From assembly GCA_051294375.1 (NCBI GenBank), contig CM119265.1:24163341-24227340 (forward strand): a DNA stretch of 64,000 bases, in the 5' to 3' direction. Numbering within the stretch: position 1 is the stretch's first letter; every line of letters starts with the position of its first letter. This DNA is from Paraspadella gotoi. Its lineage: Eukaryota > Animalia > Chaetognatha. Both the position numbers and the translations under genes were made by a program. Positions 62,808 to 64,000 of this stretch are shown here, piece after piece. The notes beneath the pieces are model-generated. The model did not search any database and was not told where the DNA came from. It saw nothing but the letters and a program-made list of their open reading frames with translations.

Positions 62808-63343
62808 CTATTTAGGATTTAGGATTAATATTTAGAAAAGAGACGTGATAAAATAAGAAGCGCTATCGAAGAATATAAATCAAAAAAAGTAGGACTTATG
62901 ATCGTCCGAATACAATTATTTTTCAATCCGAGATGATTTAAATATATAAAGACAAAGGATTGCTGTAGATTTAAACAAAAAACAAAAAACAAAAAAAAAC
63001 AAAAAAAACATACCAATATCTTCTTTTTTTGAATCCTTTCGGTGATTTTTCTAAATTTTTCGAATAAATAAACAAATGAGTTTTTCCTTCGGATTTTCTT
63101 CCGTTTAATTTCCGAGTTGTTCTCTTTTTTTTCACGACTCGTGACTTTTCTCGAATTTCTTTCGATTTCGATGAAAATTCACGGGAAAATGTGATTTTTT
63201 TTTTCGTCGAGGAGAAAAAAAAGGAGGACGACCGCGAGTGTGAAAAATAAATTGTGCAACGTGAAGCGAAAGGGAAAAAAAAACTGCGACGGTTCGTGTG
63301 ATTTGCACGAGAATGGAAAAAGCTGGAAGATAGATTCTCTCTC

Positions 63344-63482
<139 letters not shown>

Positions 63483-63734
63483 CTTACCTTTATTCCTCCC
63501 ACTTCTACGTTTCTTTTCTGTCTTCTATTTATCCGCCTCCCACCCCCTCGTCCTCTTCCTCCTCCTCTTCATTTTCTTCCTCCTCCTCCTCCTCCTCGCC
63601 TTACCCTCCCAACTCGCTCTCGTCTTTACAATTTGAATTCGGATGAAAGTGAATCAATAAAATCGTCGTACAAACACGAAAAAAAAAACTTTTGACGAAG
63701 TTGGTTGAAGTGGGAGGGAGAGAGAGTGGAATAA

Positions 63735-63853
63735 GTGGTTGAGGGGGTGGGCTGAGTGGTTGAGATGGTGGAGTTAGTGGTTGAGATGGTGGAGTTAGTG
63801 GTTGAGATGGTGGAGTGAGTGGTTGAGATGGTGGAGTGGAGTAAGTGGTTGAG
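63735..63853. repeat. 21-nt minisatellite (gtggttgagatggtggagtta)
   Basis: About five tandem units. Confidence 0.85.
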
Positions 63854-64000
63854 AATGAAGATAGAGGCCTTGTAAGGGATTAAAAAGTTTGATATATATA
63901 TACAAGATATTTCGGAAACAAATATCGCCCAAATCGTTATTAAAAATACTGTCGATGTACTTTTCAATTTCAGTCTTTTTAGCCAGCCTCATTAAAAAAA

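Overview
This is AT-rich, intron-containing animal (invertebrate-like) genomic DNA from a gapped draft scaffold, rich in (AG)n, (GAC)n and (ATC)n microsatellites. No prokaryotic features, CRISPR arrays, rRNA or intact tRNA genes were seen. Most of the supplied ORF track is microsatellite noise, so genes were rebuilt by hand from GT-AG exons with consistent phases. Genes found: (1) the 3' four exons of an ARHGAP39/Vilse-type RhoGAP; (2) two paralogous secreted, very Glu-rich proproteins with KR sites, plus a probably artefactual third copy; (3) an 8-exon ARH1-family ADP-ribosylhydrolase with both metal-binding motifs destroyed (pseudoenzyme); (4) a divergent roadblock/LC7 dynein light chain with a C-terminal extension; (5) an 11-exon astacin with EGF-like and ShKT modules; (6) an ~884-aa protein starting MGNSC with 12 copies of an unrecognised GTG(F/Y)-LPP repeat; (7) a possible CaaX-ending terminal exon. 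Non-coding highlights: a circularly permuted twister-ribozyme-like fold inside a direct-repeat-flanked insertion in astacin intron 1, a 21-nt in-frame repeat that multiplies a splice donor, a Tc1-like non-autonomous element, a foldback element and a 322-bp tandem/dispersed repeat. Two large duplications (1-2817 vs 4633-7815; 26561-32235 vs 32261-37876) look like assembly artefacts.
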